Position numbers and translations under genes: made by a program. From Malacoraja senta (taxonomy: Eukaryota), in contig CM075991.1 of NCBI GenBank assembly GCA_038087875.1, positions 1,178,001 through 1,242,000 of the forward strand: a DNA stretch of 64,000 nt, given 5' to 3'. Numbering within the stretch: position 1 is the stretch's first letter; each line of letters begins with the position of its first letter. The notes beneath the pieces were generated by a model. The model made no database searches and had not been told where the DNA came from. It was given only the letters and a program-made list of their open reading frames with translations. Shown here one piece after another: positions 13,965 through 26,104 of this stretch.

Positions 13965-14392
13965 GGGGGAAGAGACTCCCTCATAGGGATGGGGGCGAGA
14001 AGCAGGCAGTTCTTGATATTGGGGGGGGGGGGGGAAGAGGAGCCCCCCCCCCCCCCAGGTGGGGGAAAAGCAACTCTTGATTGCGGGCGGGGGGTGCAGC
14101 AAAGAGGAGGCTGTTCTTGATTGCGGGGGAGGGGAGATGGAGGCCGCTCCTGATATGAGGAGAGGGAGAGAGCGAGGTAGTTAGATATATTGGGGGGGGG
14201 GGGGAAGAAAAGAGAAGAAAAGGAAGCTGCTCTTGACATTTGGGGGGGTGGGGGTGGACGTGGACAGAAGGAGGCTACTCTTAATACGGGGGTAGAAGGA
14301 GGCTGTTGTCCTTGATGGGGATAGGGAGAGCTGCCCTTGTTTTGTTTGTGGTGGGGTGGGGGGGGAGAAGAGGAGGCTGCCCTTAATTGGGA
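13965..14392 (+). repeat. Degenerate G-rich minisatellite (core approx. GAGGCTGYTCTTGAT separated by G-runs)
   Basis: About 10 diverged units, e.g. AGGAGGCTGTTCTTGAT, AGGAAGCTGCTCTTGAC, AGGAGGCTACTCTTAAT and AGGAGGCTGCCCTTAAT. Confidence 0.6.
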
Positions 14393-14469
14393 CGCAGTAT
14401 TGACCGGTTCCGAGGGCCGAGTGTGCAGCCTCGGAGCCCCAGTTGAAGGGAAGATAGGTGAGGGTAAGA

Positions 14470-14635
14470 ATAGGTGACGTTTCGGGTCGATACCCTTCTT
14501 CAAACTGAAGAAGAACGGCCCCGAACCGAAACGGCACCTATTTCTTCCTTCCAGAGATGCTGCCTGTCCCGCTGAGTGACTCCAGCTTTCTGTCTTCTCT
14601 TCGGTTTAAACCAGCATCTGCCGTTCATTCCCACA
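14470..14635 (+). mobile_element. Head-to-head Penelope pLTR mini-element (two mutated hammerhead cores)
   Basis: TAGGTGACGTTTCGGGTCGATACCCTTCTTCAAA followed by CTGAAGAAGAACGG..CCGAAACGGCACCTA and the standard pLTR flank. Confidence 0.7.
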
Positions 14636-15479
14636 CCAGTTTTAGGGTTAGCGGAGCCGGTCGCTTTTGTTGTTGGCGGGAATACGTTTCCTGTTTGATG
14701 TTTTCAAACGTTGCGAAGAGGCGCGAAAAGAATGGCGCTTTGAATTTGTTGGAAGTATCTGCCTTGCCGAATCTGTAGAGATTTGATTAAAATGGTTGAA
14801 AACCGATTGTTGAACTGCAGTGTCCTTTTTAAATGAAGTTGTGGACTCGATGCGCGACTGATTTGGTTTACTTTGCTTGGATGATAAAAATCGCCAAATG
14901 CTTGAACCTTTTAAATCGTTGCGAAAAAAGGATTATGGACTTGTCATTCAAATCATTTGGGTGTTTTTCTGACCAATCCTTTAATCTGACTTTCTACTTT
15001 GGCTGGGCATTGTTTTGTAATGTGTTTAGAAATTCAATTTTGCATGCATTTCTAATTTCATTGAACTACAAGGCTCCTGTTTTCCCACCGTTCATTTAAC
15101 TCGGGACCCATGTTAATAATAGAAAAATATTAAGATTCTTCAGGCGATTGACTTTTAAATTTCGTTGTACCATAGTGCAATGACAATAAAGAGATTACTT
15201 ACTTATTACTTACTTAGTTGGTGACACCAGAATTGGGGGCAGGTGAAGTTCAAAAGTTTGTTTGCTTTCACTGACTTTGTTGTATAAACATGTGGATCAC
15301 TAGTTTGGACTGTCATCCTGTCAGCCCTGTTGCAGGGTATTGTACATTCATGGATTCTTAATGCACCTCAGCAGTTATCTAAACATTCACTGCCACAAAC
15401 TGGCAGCGATCAAAATTGCAATAGCCCCATGACTATATGATTTGGCTTGGTTAATTTGAATATTCCGACAACTGATTTC

Positions 15480-16140
15480 TGCTTCTTTACGATAGCTAAA
15501 GTAAAACAATTCCTCCAGTTTGATGACCTGGAAAAGATCATCCACACATTCATCTCCTCCCGCCTAGATTACTACAACTCCCTTTACACTGGCATCAGCC
15601 AATCTTCCCTGTCCCGCCTGCAACTGGTCCAAAACGCCGCAGCGAGACTCCCCGAAAAAGGGACCACATCACCCTGATCCTGGCCTCTCTCTACTGGCTC
15701 CCTGTGCGGTTCCGTATAAACTTCAAGATCCTCCTCCATGTCTACAAAGCCCTCAATGGGCTTGCCCCCACCTACATAAAAAGTCTTCTCACCCACCACT
15801 CCACCTCCAGGCCCCTCAGATCGGCCGACTTGGGGTTGCTGAATATCCCACGGTCTAGGCATAAGCTCAGGGGCGACCGCGCCTTTGCGGTTGCAGCCCC
15901 AAGACTGTGGAACAGCATCCCCTTTCCCCATCAGAACTGCCCCCTCCATCGACTCTTTTAAGTCAAGACTAAAGACTTATCTATACTCCCAAGCCTTTCC
16001 TGATGTCCTCTGAATGAGGGCTACATGTATATATGTATGTAGTTTGTTTTGTTGTGCTATTCTTATAACAAATGTAAAGCACTTTGGCCAACGAGAGTTG
16101 TTTTTTTAAATGTGCTATATAAATAAATGTGACTTGACTT
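15480..16140 (+). mobile_element. L2 LINE 3' fragment
   Basis: HTFISSRLDYYNSL..LQLVQNAAAR, RINFKILL..APRLWNS and tail AAAGCACTTTGG..AATAAATGTGACTTGACTT. Confidence 0.85.
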
Positions 16141-16426
16141 CTGGAGCATTTTTGTGACTAAAGTTCAAATCTTTGACCAAAATGTGTTGGTTAATACAAA
16201 TTGAATCTGGATTTAGTATTTGCACTTGTTTTTAAAATGTTTTTGTTGGAGATCACGGTTTGTAAACTACGGTGAATTATCAATGTGGTACTTTTAACTT
16301 ATTATTTCTGCTTAAGTGTTTATCCAATCCTTGCGATTGAAAGGTTTTATTGAACACTTATGGGAAGAGATATGAATACTGAAATATTGCAGTATGTTTA
16401 CAATGTGTCCTTTACTTTCCCCCCAG

Positions 16427-16708
16427 GATGAAGAACGGTCCACATCTATTGCTGTGTCAACAATGGATTTCATTTCAATCCCTCTAACTGCTGGCTGTTG
16501 TAAAGACTGTAAAAGACAGACTATCAAACACAGTGGATAGCAAATACTGCTGCACAATACCTGTGTGGTGCACATTAGTCGTCATTTTAATTAATCAATT
16601 TATTTATTACATATCAAGATATTTTGTTACCTCATTTTGTATATTTAAGTCAATAGTATTTTTTTTAAGAAGATCCATACCTCTAAAGCATTACAAACTC
16701 GAGCAATC
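16427..16708 (+). other. slc20a1: SLC20A1 exon 2 5'UTR with two uORFs (16428-16487, 19 aa; 16463-16540, 25 aa)
   Basis: Acceptor TTTACTTTCCCCCCAG|G at 16426/16427; two upstream ATGs, the second in a strong Kozak context (ACAATGG). Confidence 0.65.
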
Positions 16709-16997
16709 ATGGCGTTGGAGGAGTATGTGTGGTTGGTTGTGGTTGGTTTCATCATTGCATTTGTTCTGGCGTTCTCGGTGGGAGCCAATGATGTTGCCAA
16801 TTCATTTGGGACAGCAGTTGGTTCAGGAGTGCTGACACTCAGAAAAGCCTGCATCTTGGCAACAATCTTTGAGACGTTGGGTTCTGTGCTGCTGGGTGCC
16901 AAAGTCAGTGAAACCATCCGTAAAGGAATAATTGATGTGAACATGTTTAACTCGACTCCAGAAGTGCTAATGGCTGGGTCGGTCAGTGCCATGTTTG
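16709..16997 (+). CDS. slc20a1: SLC20A1 (PiT-1) coding exon 1
   Basis: [28 protein letters not shown] (PiT signature GANDVAN)..AGSVSAMF; donor G|GTAAGT. Confidence 0.95.
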
Positions 16998-17179
16998 GTA
17001 AGTAACAAGTGATGCTCTTAGATTCTATATTTATCGTATACCAGTAAATGCAAGTGCCATGAACTTTTTACTTTAAAAAAAATACAATAGTAACAAATCT
17101 AGACATTGTTAATATTGTAAATTATATAATTTTCAATGTCACAAGCACTTTGCAAATTAGTATTCTTTGCCTTGTACAG

Positions 17180-17320
17180 GTTCTGCTGTCTGGCAGTTAT
17201 TGGCTTCATTTTTGAAGCTCCCCATATCTGGTACCCACTGCATTGTGGGTGCAACCATTGGTTTTTGTTTAGTGGCTCAAGGAGCTCATGGTGTGAAGTG
17301 GATGAAGTTGCTGAAGATTG
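17180..17320 (+). CDS. slc20a1: SLC20A1 coding exon 2
   Basis: (G)[32 protein letters not shown] acceptor, GTGAGT donor, phase consistent. Confidence 0.95.
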
Positions 17321-18444
17321 GTGAGTTGTAACTTGTTGCTGAATGTTCAGTATTTGTAAATGTACGATGTCACAATGTGTTCATGGGGGGGGGGGGGAAA
17401 TAATGTTAACACAGTTGCAAAACTAGAGACCCGGCATCCATTGGCCCAAATATTTTTTCAGTGTTTTTGTCCTACAAATAATAACAGAATGTTCCTTGCA
17501 AACAATAACTCTTTTGCTGGAAGAATTAGATGTTATTGGTCAGCATAGTTGAAACTGTGTGCTTGTTTAAAATATTATGGCTAATTAATATTTCTTCACT
17601 GTAGATTCTAATTTTTTTGATTAAATTTAAATACCCATGCTCAAAAGGATTTTTATTTTGTAATCATTTAGAATTGCGGGCATCACCCACAATATGCAAG
17701 TTCGGTATTCCGACTGCACATCCCTAGGTCATAGGTCACTCGCTATAAACATTCTCGGCAACTGTGGTGCTGCGTTATGTGCAGGCCTGTGTCGGGCCTG
17801 GGTCTCGGGCGCTGTTGAGTTGCTGCTGGGCCTTCCCAGTACCCTCCCGGGTGTCCCATCCCTGTCCAGGGGCGGTCGGACGTGCCCGTCCCTGTCCGGT
17901 GGCAGCTCCGGATTTGCAGCCGGGGGGGGGGGGGGGCTGGCTCTGCTTCGGATCCCAGGGGGGGCCTGTGACCGTCGGCTGCGCCTCTCGCCTTTTCCAG
18001 TTGAGAACTTGCATTCTCACAATGGGAAAGATGCCACCGCCCCTTGTCCCCTCCAGCCTTTTACACTAGGGTACAACAGCTCCCACAAACCCGGAGGGGA
18101 GGGTGACACCCTATGGGAGACGCCACCCAGCCACAGCTTGGGAGAGGCGACGCCCTGATTCACTTCTCCTCCACTTATACTCACTATCTACAGCGCTTTG
18201 TTTGATTTTTCTTTGACCTCTGACAAATCCCATGATTCCTTGTGTTTTTCAGAATACCAAACTCGCTCATTGTATTCATTTATATACTTGTAATTTGATC
18301 CTATCTCAATCTCAAACGTGTAGCCAGCATTGTAAATTTGCAATGTGATACTTAATCTGCTGACTACAAATCTGAACCACTTTCACTCTGCCTTCAGGTA
18401 AAGTTGTTTGCCTGTGCTGATATTCATTTCTCTAATTTGTACAG

Positions 18445-18530
18445 TTGCTTCTTGGTTCATCTCACCACTGCTGTCTGGAATCATGTCTGCTGCTGTCTTT
18501 TATTTGGTCCGCTGTTTTATTTTGCGCAAG
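18445..18530 (+). CDS. slc20a1: SLC20A1 coding exon 3
   Basis: (V)ASWFISPLLSGIMSAAVFYLVRCFILRK; GTAAGT donor. Confidence 0.95.
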
Positions 18531-19239
18531 GTAAGTTATTCATCATGGGATGTGGGTGCCTTGGTGTTTGGTGCTGATGGGGAGTTCCAGGATTGCTCTA
18601 TGGAAAGAATGGCAGTGTACCAGGGATGTGACTTGGAAGTTCCTATGTGCCCATTGCAGCCTTTTCTTTCATAGTAGCTGTAATTGGTTTTGGGAGGTGT
18701 TGCTGAAGCAGCTTTCGTGATTTCTGCAATGGAATTTGTACATGGCACCCCCTGTGTTGCAAAGCCCAGGTGGAAAATTCTTCCTTTGGAATATATTTGA
18801 AAAATATGGTCTCCACATACCAAGGTTATGATGAAAGAAAAATCCATGATGATGAAACTTAGCCTTGGATTTTTCTAGTCGTTACCATGGCTTCAAACCT
18901 CTTTGTCATAGAGTGATACAGCTTGGAAACGGGCCCTTCGGCCCAACTTGCCCACCCTGGTCAACATGTCCCAGCTAAATTAGTCCCATCTGCCCCCGTT
19001 TGGTCTATATCCCTCCATACCTGTCCTTGTCTAACTTCTCCTTAAGGAGGCCTATGGGAGGCCACATTCAGCCCACTGCAGTGAGCTACAGATGAGATTT
19101 AGCCATCTTGCCTTCTTGCAGACTGGTACACAACCAACTAATACTTTATGGTAGGATGTGGACCATGACATGAAGTTTGGTTGCTAACATAATCTATAAA
19201 TGTGAGGTTATCCACATTAATAGTGCGGCACCACGGCAA

Positions 19240-20925
19240 TAACAGGGGGGGGCAGATTATTATATCAATGGGGTTAGGTTGGGTGGGGGGGTACAGGGAG
19301 ACCTGGGCGTCCGTGTACACCAGTCACTAAAAGTTGGCGTGCAGGTACAGCAGGCAGTGAAGAAAGCTAATGGAATGTTGGCCTTCGTGACAAGAGGGTT
19401 TCAGTATAGGAGTAAAGAGGTTCTTCTGCAGTTGTATAGGGCTCTGGTAAGACCACATCTGGAGTATTGTGTACAGTTTTGGTCTCCTAATTTGAGGAAG
19501 GACATCCTTGTGATTGAGGCAGTGCAGCGCAGGTTCACGAGATTGATCCCTGGGATGGCGGGACTGTCATATGAGGAAAGATTGAAAAGACTAGGCTTGT
19601 ATTCACTGGAGTTTAGAAGGATGAGGGGGGATCTTATAGAAACATATAAAATTATAAAAGGACTGGTCAAGCTAGTTGCAGGAAAAATGTTCCCAATGTT
19701 GGGCAAGTCCAGAACCAGGGGCCACAGTCTTAGAATAAAGGGGAGGCCATTTAAGACTGAGGTACGCTCTGATACAATTCAAGGTGGTTCACAGAGCTCA
19801 TATGTCAAAAGATAAGTTAGCTCGTTTTTATGGTCATATAAATCCTACCTGTGACAGATGTAACTCTGAAGTGGCCTCACTGACCCATATGTTTTGGTCC
19901 TGCCCACTTTTGGAAAAATATTGGAAATAGATTTTTGATACTATTTCTGTAGTTTTAGGTATTGTTTTACAACCTCATCCTATTACTGCAATTTTTGGGC
20001 TGCCAATGTTAGATTCTGTTCATTTGTCCCATTCCGCCCATCGGCTGATTGCTTTTACTACATTAATTGCCAGAAGATCTATTTTATTTAAATGGAAAGA
20101 CTCTAACCCTCCGACCACACTCCATTGGTACTCTGAAATGATATTATGTTTAAATTTAGAAAAAATGAGGAGTGACATTGTTGAACCCTTGGTTAAATTT
20201 GATAGGACTGGGGTAAGATTTATTCAACATTTTCACACAGCATAAATTGTCCCCTCTCCTACTGTTATAATAATTATTTTACCTTTATATGGTGGAACGG
20301 ACTTGACAACAAACAGGGACTTAAATTGTTGAAATTCTTTGCAGCTCAGATTCTGTTTTGCTTTTTTTTTCTCTTTAGTTTAGGGGGGTTTTGTTTTTTC
20401 CTTTCTTGTTTTTATCTTTTTTTTCTTTTTATCTTTTTGTTTTTTTAATGTATGTTTTCTTTTAAATATTTAACTATATTTACATAGAGGTCTATACTCA
20501 ATGTGTATTTTGACACTGGACTCACATTTAGGTTATACTTGTTATTAATGTAATCCTGATCCCTATGTATCAGTATCATTTTATGTTTATCATTATATAT
20601 TTTTTTGTTTTTTGATTTTGTGTTTGAAAAAAAAGCGAATAAAAAGATTTAAAAAGAAAAGACTGAGGCGAGAAAACACTTTTTCACCCAGAGAGTTGTG
20701 AATTTGTGGAATTTCCTGCCACAGAGGGCAGTGGAGGCCAAATCACTGGATGGATTTAAGAGAGAGTTAGATAGAGCTGCAGGGGCTAGTGAAATCAAGG
20801 GATATGGGGAGAAGGCAGGCAAGGGTTATTGATTGGGGACGATCAGCCATGATCACAATGAATGGCGGTGCTGGCTCGAAGGGCCGAATGGCCTCCTCCT
20901 GCACCTATTTTCTATGTTTCTATTG
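19240..20925 (+). mobile_element. CR1 3' fragment interrupted by an L1 fragment
   Basis: ORF 19279-19815 is the CR1 RT C-terminus; the CR1 resumes at 20659 and ends in CTATTTTCTATGTTTCTAT. Confidence 0.85.
19763..20658 (+). mobile_element. L1-clade 3' fragment with 10-bp TSD
   Basis: TSD AAGACTGAGG at 19753-19762 and 20659-20668; CDRC..THMFWSCP CCHC knuckle; ARRSILFKWKDSNPP; T-rich 3'UTR, AATAAA and A-rich tail. Confidence 0.85.
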
Positions 20926-21339
20926 CTCTGGGTTACGGACATGCATTCTGAGCCAGTGTTGATCGGTATCATGGATGCCTGCATTCCACCGAAACTAGGG
21001 TGATGTGTGACCATACTTTAATTCCTCTGGAGGGGAATCTGCCAACGATATCCATTTCCTTGTACGGTTTTGTAGAAAAATTACAAATGGACTTCCGATC
21101 AAGTGAATATTGAATAAGCTTATTATGCACGTATCACTCCTTCCAAAGTGATTGAAGCAAGTTGGGGTTATCCTTGGAGATAAGTTCCGTGAAGAATTTG
21201 CATCACAATTTTCTGTAATTCAAAGCCCCATCTGTGAAGATATGAGTGTTGATAAAAAATATTTTCATAAGTTCCATGAGTGGAATATTTCAGATTTTAG
21301 GGCAGTGAGTTGTGAATTCTGTACTAGCATATTTGTTGA

Positions 21340-22065
21340 TGGTAGCAAACTTTTGGATTTTTTGGGGGGATGTAACAAGTGGAAAGGGTAATGGAATGCC
21401 AGTGGATGTGGTGTACTTTCAAAAAGCCTTTGACAAGGTCCCACACAAGAGATTAATGTGTAGAATTAGAGCACATGATATTGGGGGTAGGGTAGAGGAT
21501 AGAGAGCTGGTTGGCAGACAGGAAGCAAAATGTAGGAATTAACTGGTCCTTTTCAGAATGGCAGGCAGTGACTCGGGCTTGCCACAAGGCTCGGTGTTGG
21601 GACCAGATTTATTTACAACATATATTAACGATTTAGACAGGGTCATTAAATGTGGCATCTCTAAGTTTGTGGGTGACACAAAGCTGGGTGGCAATGGAGC
21701 TGCGATGAGGATGCTAGGAGGCTGCAGGGTGACTTGGATAGGTTGGGTGAGTGGGCAGATGCAGTATAATGTGGATAAATGTGAGGTTATCCACTTTGGT
21801 GGCAAGAACAGGAAGGCAGATTATTATCTGAATGGTAGGTGGACACAAAATGCTGGAGTAACAGGCAGCATCTCTGGAGAAAAGGGATGGGTGACGTTTC
21901 GGGTCGAGACCCTTCTTTAGACCCTATTATCTGAATGGTGTCGGATTAGGAAAAGGGGGGGTGCAACAATATCTGCATGTGCTTGTACATCAGTCACTGA
22001 AAGTAAGCATGCAGGTGCAGTAGGCAGTAAAGAAAGCTAATGGCATGTTGGCCTTCATTGCAGAG
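21340..22065 (+). mobile_element. CR1 RT fragment carrying a pLTR mini-element (21837-21924, TSD TATTATCTGAATGGT)
   Basis: FQKAFDKVPH and PQGSVLGP motifs; the 15-bp duplication lies at 21822-21836 and 21925-21939. Confidence 0.8.
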
Positions 22066-22910
22066 ATTATGGAAGGGTAAGGTGTGAAAACAGACATCAA
22101 AGGGGACGATGAACAAGGAAAATATGGAATAGATCATTGTTAGCTAGGGGAAGGTGACAACAAAGCATACAAAAGTAAAATTTAATCAGGAGAACACTCA
22201 GATTGGTTGGAGAACTAAGATGGGGAGGGATGGAGAGAGGGAAAGAAACGGTTATCGTATTTCCCGGCAATGAAGACACTATTTTTAATCCTAAAATAAG
22301 CCCCGAAAATTTACCTGCATCTTGGAGGTCGAAGGTTAAATTGTTAGCCAAGAAAGATAGACTTGGCTATCCCTCAGTACAGCAGCTGTAAAAGGACAGC
22401 GCTTCTGGGGGGGGGGGGGGCCTTTACGCAGCGTGTGGGGAGTCTGGCCTGGGTCAGCACGGCAAAGTAGAAAAACTTGGGCCACCAGGGGAGGGCAGGA
22501 GCGTTGAGAAGGAAGGGGTCGGGGATCATGGCAGCAACTCGCTCAGTAGCTCGGCTCTCGCTCTCTCTGTGTGCTCCCCTAGTATATCTGATGTCTTGCA
22601 ATCCGCTACTCAGTATGTAATGGTAGTTATGTGGACAGATTATCATTTAAATATGATAGACCGGGGTAGACATTTGCAGTTAGCACAGCCTTGCCCATCT
22701 ATCTAACGATAATCTAGAACAGGCATTTGCTACGTGTCACACGTGTACATTTAATGACAGATTTGGGCGTCCGTTTTCATTCTGGTAGTTCCTCCCACGT
22801 TGAAAACACTGGTGTTCCTCCTCTCTCATTTTGTCCATTTGGTAGTCACAACTGGGGCATGTTCCTACATCAAGGCTGACCAGGCTTGCAACAACAATGA
22901 AGCAGAACGT

Positions 22911-23047
22911 ACACAAAAATGCTGGAGAAACTCCGCGGGCGAGGCAGCATCTATGGAGCTCTCTTGATGCTGCCTCACCCGCTGAGTTTCTCCAGCATTT
23001 TTGTCTACCTTCGATTTTCCAGCATCTGCAGTTCCTTCTTAAACATG
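22911..23047. mobile_element. Palindromic pLTR mini-element with centre deleted
   Basis: Inverted arms 22913-23004; degenerate TSD ATGAAGCAGAACGT (22897-22910) and ATGAAGTAGAATGT (23048-23061). Confidence 0.75.
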
Positions 23048-23147
23048 ATGAAGTAGAATGTGCTTCTTGAGTAGACTTCTGAAAATTAAATATTGGATTA
23101 AGTGGAATTACTAGGAAAGGATTTTGAATTCATCTTTTGTGTTGCAG

Positions 23148-23244
23148 GCTGACCCTGTGCCAAATGGACTCCGAGCTCTACCCGTCTTCTATGCCTGCAC
23201 AATTGCAATTAATCTTTTCTCTATTATGTACGATGGAACACCTT
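23148..23244 (+). CDS. slc20a1: SLC20A1 coding exon 4
   Basis: [35 protein letters not shown] acceptor and GTAAGT donor. Not in the ORF track; found by reading. Confidence 0.95.
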
Positions 23245-24362
23245 GTAAGTACCAGCTAGCTTAGAATTTGAATAGATTATTTTTTTGTTTCTTGAAAGCC
23301 TTGAAGTAATATTTCAATAGAATTGTACAACAGAGGAATTGACCCTTCAGCCCACCAGGTTCATGCTGACAATTCAACCATCTTTTCCAGTGCACTTACC
23401 AGCACTTGGACCATGGCCAAGTATACACAGTGCTACTCAAGAGACTTTGTCTCTGCTCACCCTCGAGCAGTGCCTTCAGATTTCAACCATCCTCTTGGTG
23501 AAAAAAGTTGTTATGAGTTCTAAACCAACTACTTGCCTTAAACCTATGCCCTTTGGTTTTAGATACCTCAACCAAGGGGAAAAGATTTGCTCTCCTGTCC
23601 TGTATTCCTTTCCATTTTGTACATTTCAATTGAGTTTTTCTCCCACCCCTCTTGTGTCTAATGCATCCAAGGAAATCACCTTTCATATCAAAGCATATTC
23701 AGCCCAGAGAACACAACTTCTGTGCTTAAATGAAACTGGTGCATGGTCACTATCTGCTAAGTTCTTTTTAAATGGCTAGTTGTGATGCATCAAGAACCCA
23801 GGATGCTCTGTGTGGGAGCAGTGATTTAATGTGACTGCCAGCTGGTGAATATGTGAAAACTGCAGAAATTAGACACAAGCAGGAATGGGTGACCTTTCGG
23901 GTCGAGACCCTTCTGACTGATGTCATGGGAGTGGGCGGTACAGAGATAAAATGTAGTCTGAGATAGTAAGACTGGTGGGAGAACTGGGAAGGGGGAGGGG
24001 ATGGAGAGAGGGAAAGCAAGGGCTACTAAAGTATGCAGAAACTACTTTCTTAATCACTTCTATAACAAGATTTTTTTTCAATAGCCTTTGTTTTATCCCT
24101 ACATTGATTTATACTGCTGCATTTTAATAAAGATAAAAACTAGATCGTGTCTTCTGCTATTCTAATAATAGAGACATTTGTGGACCATGTATCCGTAAAG
24201 CCAGTTTTCTGAGACTTGCATCTTGAGTTTAATTATATTGGTTTGTGGTATTCAGTCTTTTTTGTCTCATCTTTTCAGTTGATGTTTAATTTGGGAAGGG
24301 TAGAAATTACGATATGTTAGATTAGTTCTTGTGATTCTGAAGTAATCAATTTCATTTCCTAG

Positions 24363-24482
24363 TACTGGGATTTGACCGGATTCCACTCTGGGGTACAATT
24401 TTGATTACATTGGGAAGTGGTGTGATCTGTGCACTCATCGTCTGGTTCATCGTCTGTCCCAGAATGAAGAGAAAAATCGAAA
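24363..24482 (+). CDS. slc20a1: SLC20A1 coding exon 5
   Basis: (L)LGFDRIPLWGTILITLGSGVICALIVWFIVCPRMKRKIE; TAG acceptor, GTAAGT donor. Confidence 0.95.
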
Positions 24483-25553
24483 GTAAGTGAAATTTAGAGA
24501 CTTCCATGGTCGAAATGCCACGGTGAGCTTTCAGGTGAGTGAAAGGAGATTGGATGTGTTGGGTGATGGGGTATGTTTTGTGAATGTTAACACTTCGACT
24601 TAACTAAAAAAAAGTCCCATAAACTCATGATAAACAACATCTTTCCCTTTATAATGAATTGAGTGCAATTTGCTGTGACTCGTATTTGTTTAGAGAAAAA
24701 TATCAACAGGCTAAAGGTAGGCTGGGACCTTAATGTAAACTGTCCATGCCTCACTTCCAATGGCCACCCTTGTTCCAGGATGCTGGGAAATATTACATAT
24801 TTTCTGGAATAAAACACAAAATGCTGGGAACACTCAGCTGGTCAGGCAGCATTCATGGAAAAAAAGATTAACATTTCAGCATCAAGACCCTAAGGCGGAT
24901 TTATAAAGTTGGTCTTTGATTCCTTTTCAGGCACCTAGGTATGCTAAAATCTGTAAGTATACTGTGTAGGAAGCAACTCTAGATAATTGTACCTCTGCTT
25001 CTGTTACTGATCTGGAGTTTGGAGTGGTATTTTTGTTGTTTTATTTGCCATTAATTTATACACTGGTTTTACTGATTTGCTGTAAATTGTTGTTGGGCTG
25101 AACGTATAACCTATGGTGGAGTAAATACTGGGCACTGCCACCAGTTGAAACTACTGTAATCTACTGAATTAAAGCTGCAGATTGTGAAATCAGATGCAAT
25201 CATTTGAGTATCGGGAATTCTTGAGTCAATGGAATGATGCATGGGATGTCTTAGTTGAGGAAGCCATAAGTATATTCCATCAAACTGTCACGCTAGTAAT
25301 CTGTAATTGGATGCAGAATGCTGTAAGCTTTGCATCACCTTGCTATTTTAACATGCTATGTACTTTTGGTGTTTGACTATGTAGAAGTTGTTGCCTTTAG
25401 GGGTTGGTGGGGGAAGTACTTAGTAATGCTAAGTGACTCACTAAAATTAATAGAATTTTATTTTAATTCTGAATGGATGTAAAAATTTCAATTGTGTATT
25501 TTATGTTCAGAGACTAGAATTTGCTAATTTATTTTGGTATTTGTGCTCAACAG

Positions 25554-25832
25554 GAGAAAGAAAAGCTAATGTAGATAACAATGTAATGGATAAGAAAAGT
25601 GAGGATTACTATTCGGTATCCAAGGATGTCGTGGAAGAGACCTGTTTTAAACTTCCTTTGGCTGATTCAGCATCTGATGTCAAGACCCCTGTGGCCGATG
25701 CAGTTTCTGCTGTTTTGCCCATGAAGCAGAGTGGAAGAATTGCTTTTGTAGGGGATTCAGCAGAAGATGTTGGAAAGGATGGTGTTTCTAGTGGAGAGAT
25801 AAAGGAAAGTAATATTGATCGCGTGATGAATG
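25554..25832 (+). CDS. slc20a1: SLC20A1 coding exon 6 (variable cytoplasmic loop)
   Basis: (R)ERKANVD..EIKESNIDRVMN; CAG acceptor, G|GTAAGA donor; phase 1-1 fits both neighbours. Confidence 0.85.
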
Positions 25833-26104
25833 GTAAGAGATTAAATTGTGGAATATATAAATGATAACTTTCAGTCTTTTTCTTTCTGTTCCTTGCTGGT
25901 AGTCATCTCAGCTGGATTCTGATGGTCATCTTGGAGCCAACAGATTTGGAGGGAAATACAAACAATTTAGTTTGAATATTTGTAGATGCTTTAAATCTTC
26001 TGCTGTCTGAAGTGGATCAATATGATGATACTTTTTGTATTTGAACTGACATTTTGCTATAGAGCATATAGCTCTTTACCAAGTAGTGAGTTCTTGAAGT
26101 TGTG

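Noticed and set aside
13108..14537. Several long Pro/Gly/Arg-rich ORFs
   Set aside because: By-products of the CpG island and G-rich repeat; no domains recognised and no splice support.
20945..21340. Possible ancient RT remnant on the minus strand
   Set aside because: Only faint motif echoes; not supportable without a profile search.
22253..22812. Possible Tc2/pogo-like left end and hAT-like right end
   Set aside because: The two ends do not match each other and no TSD was found; cannot classify.
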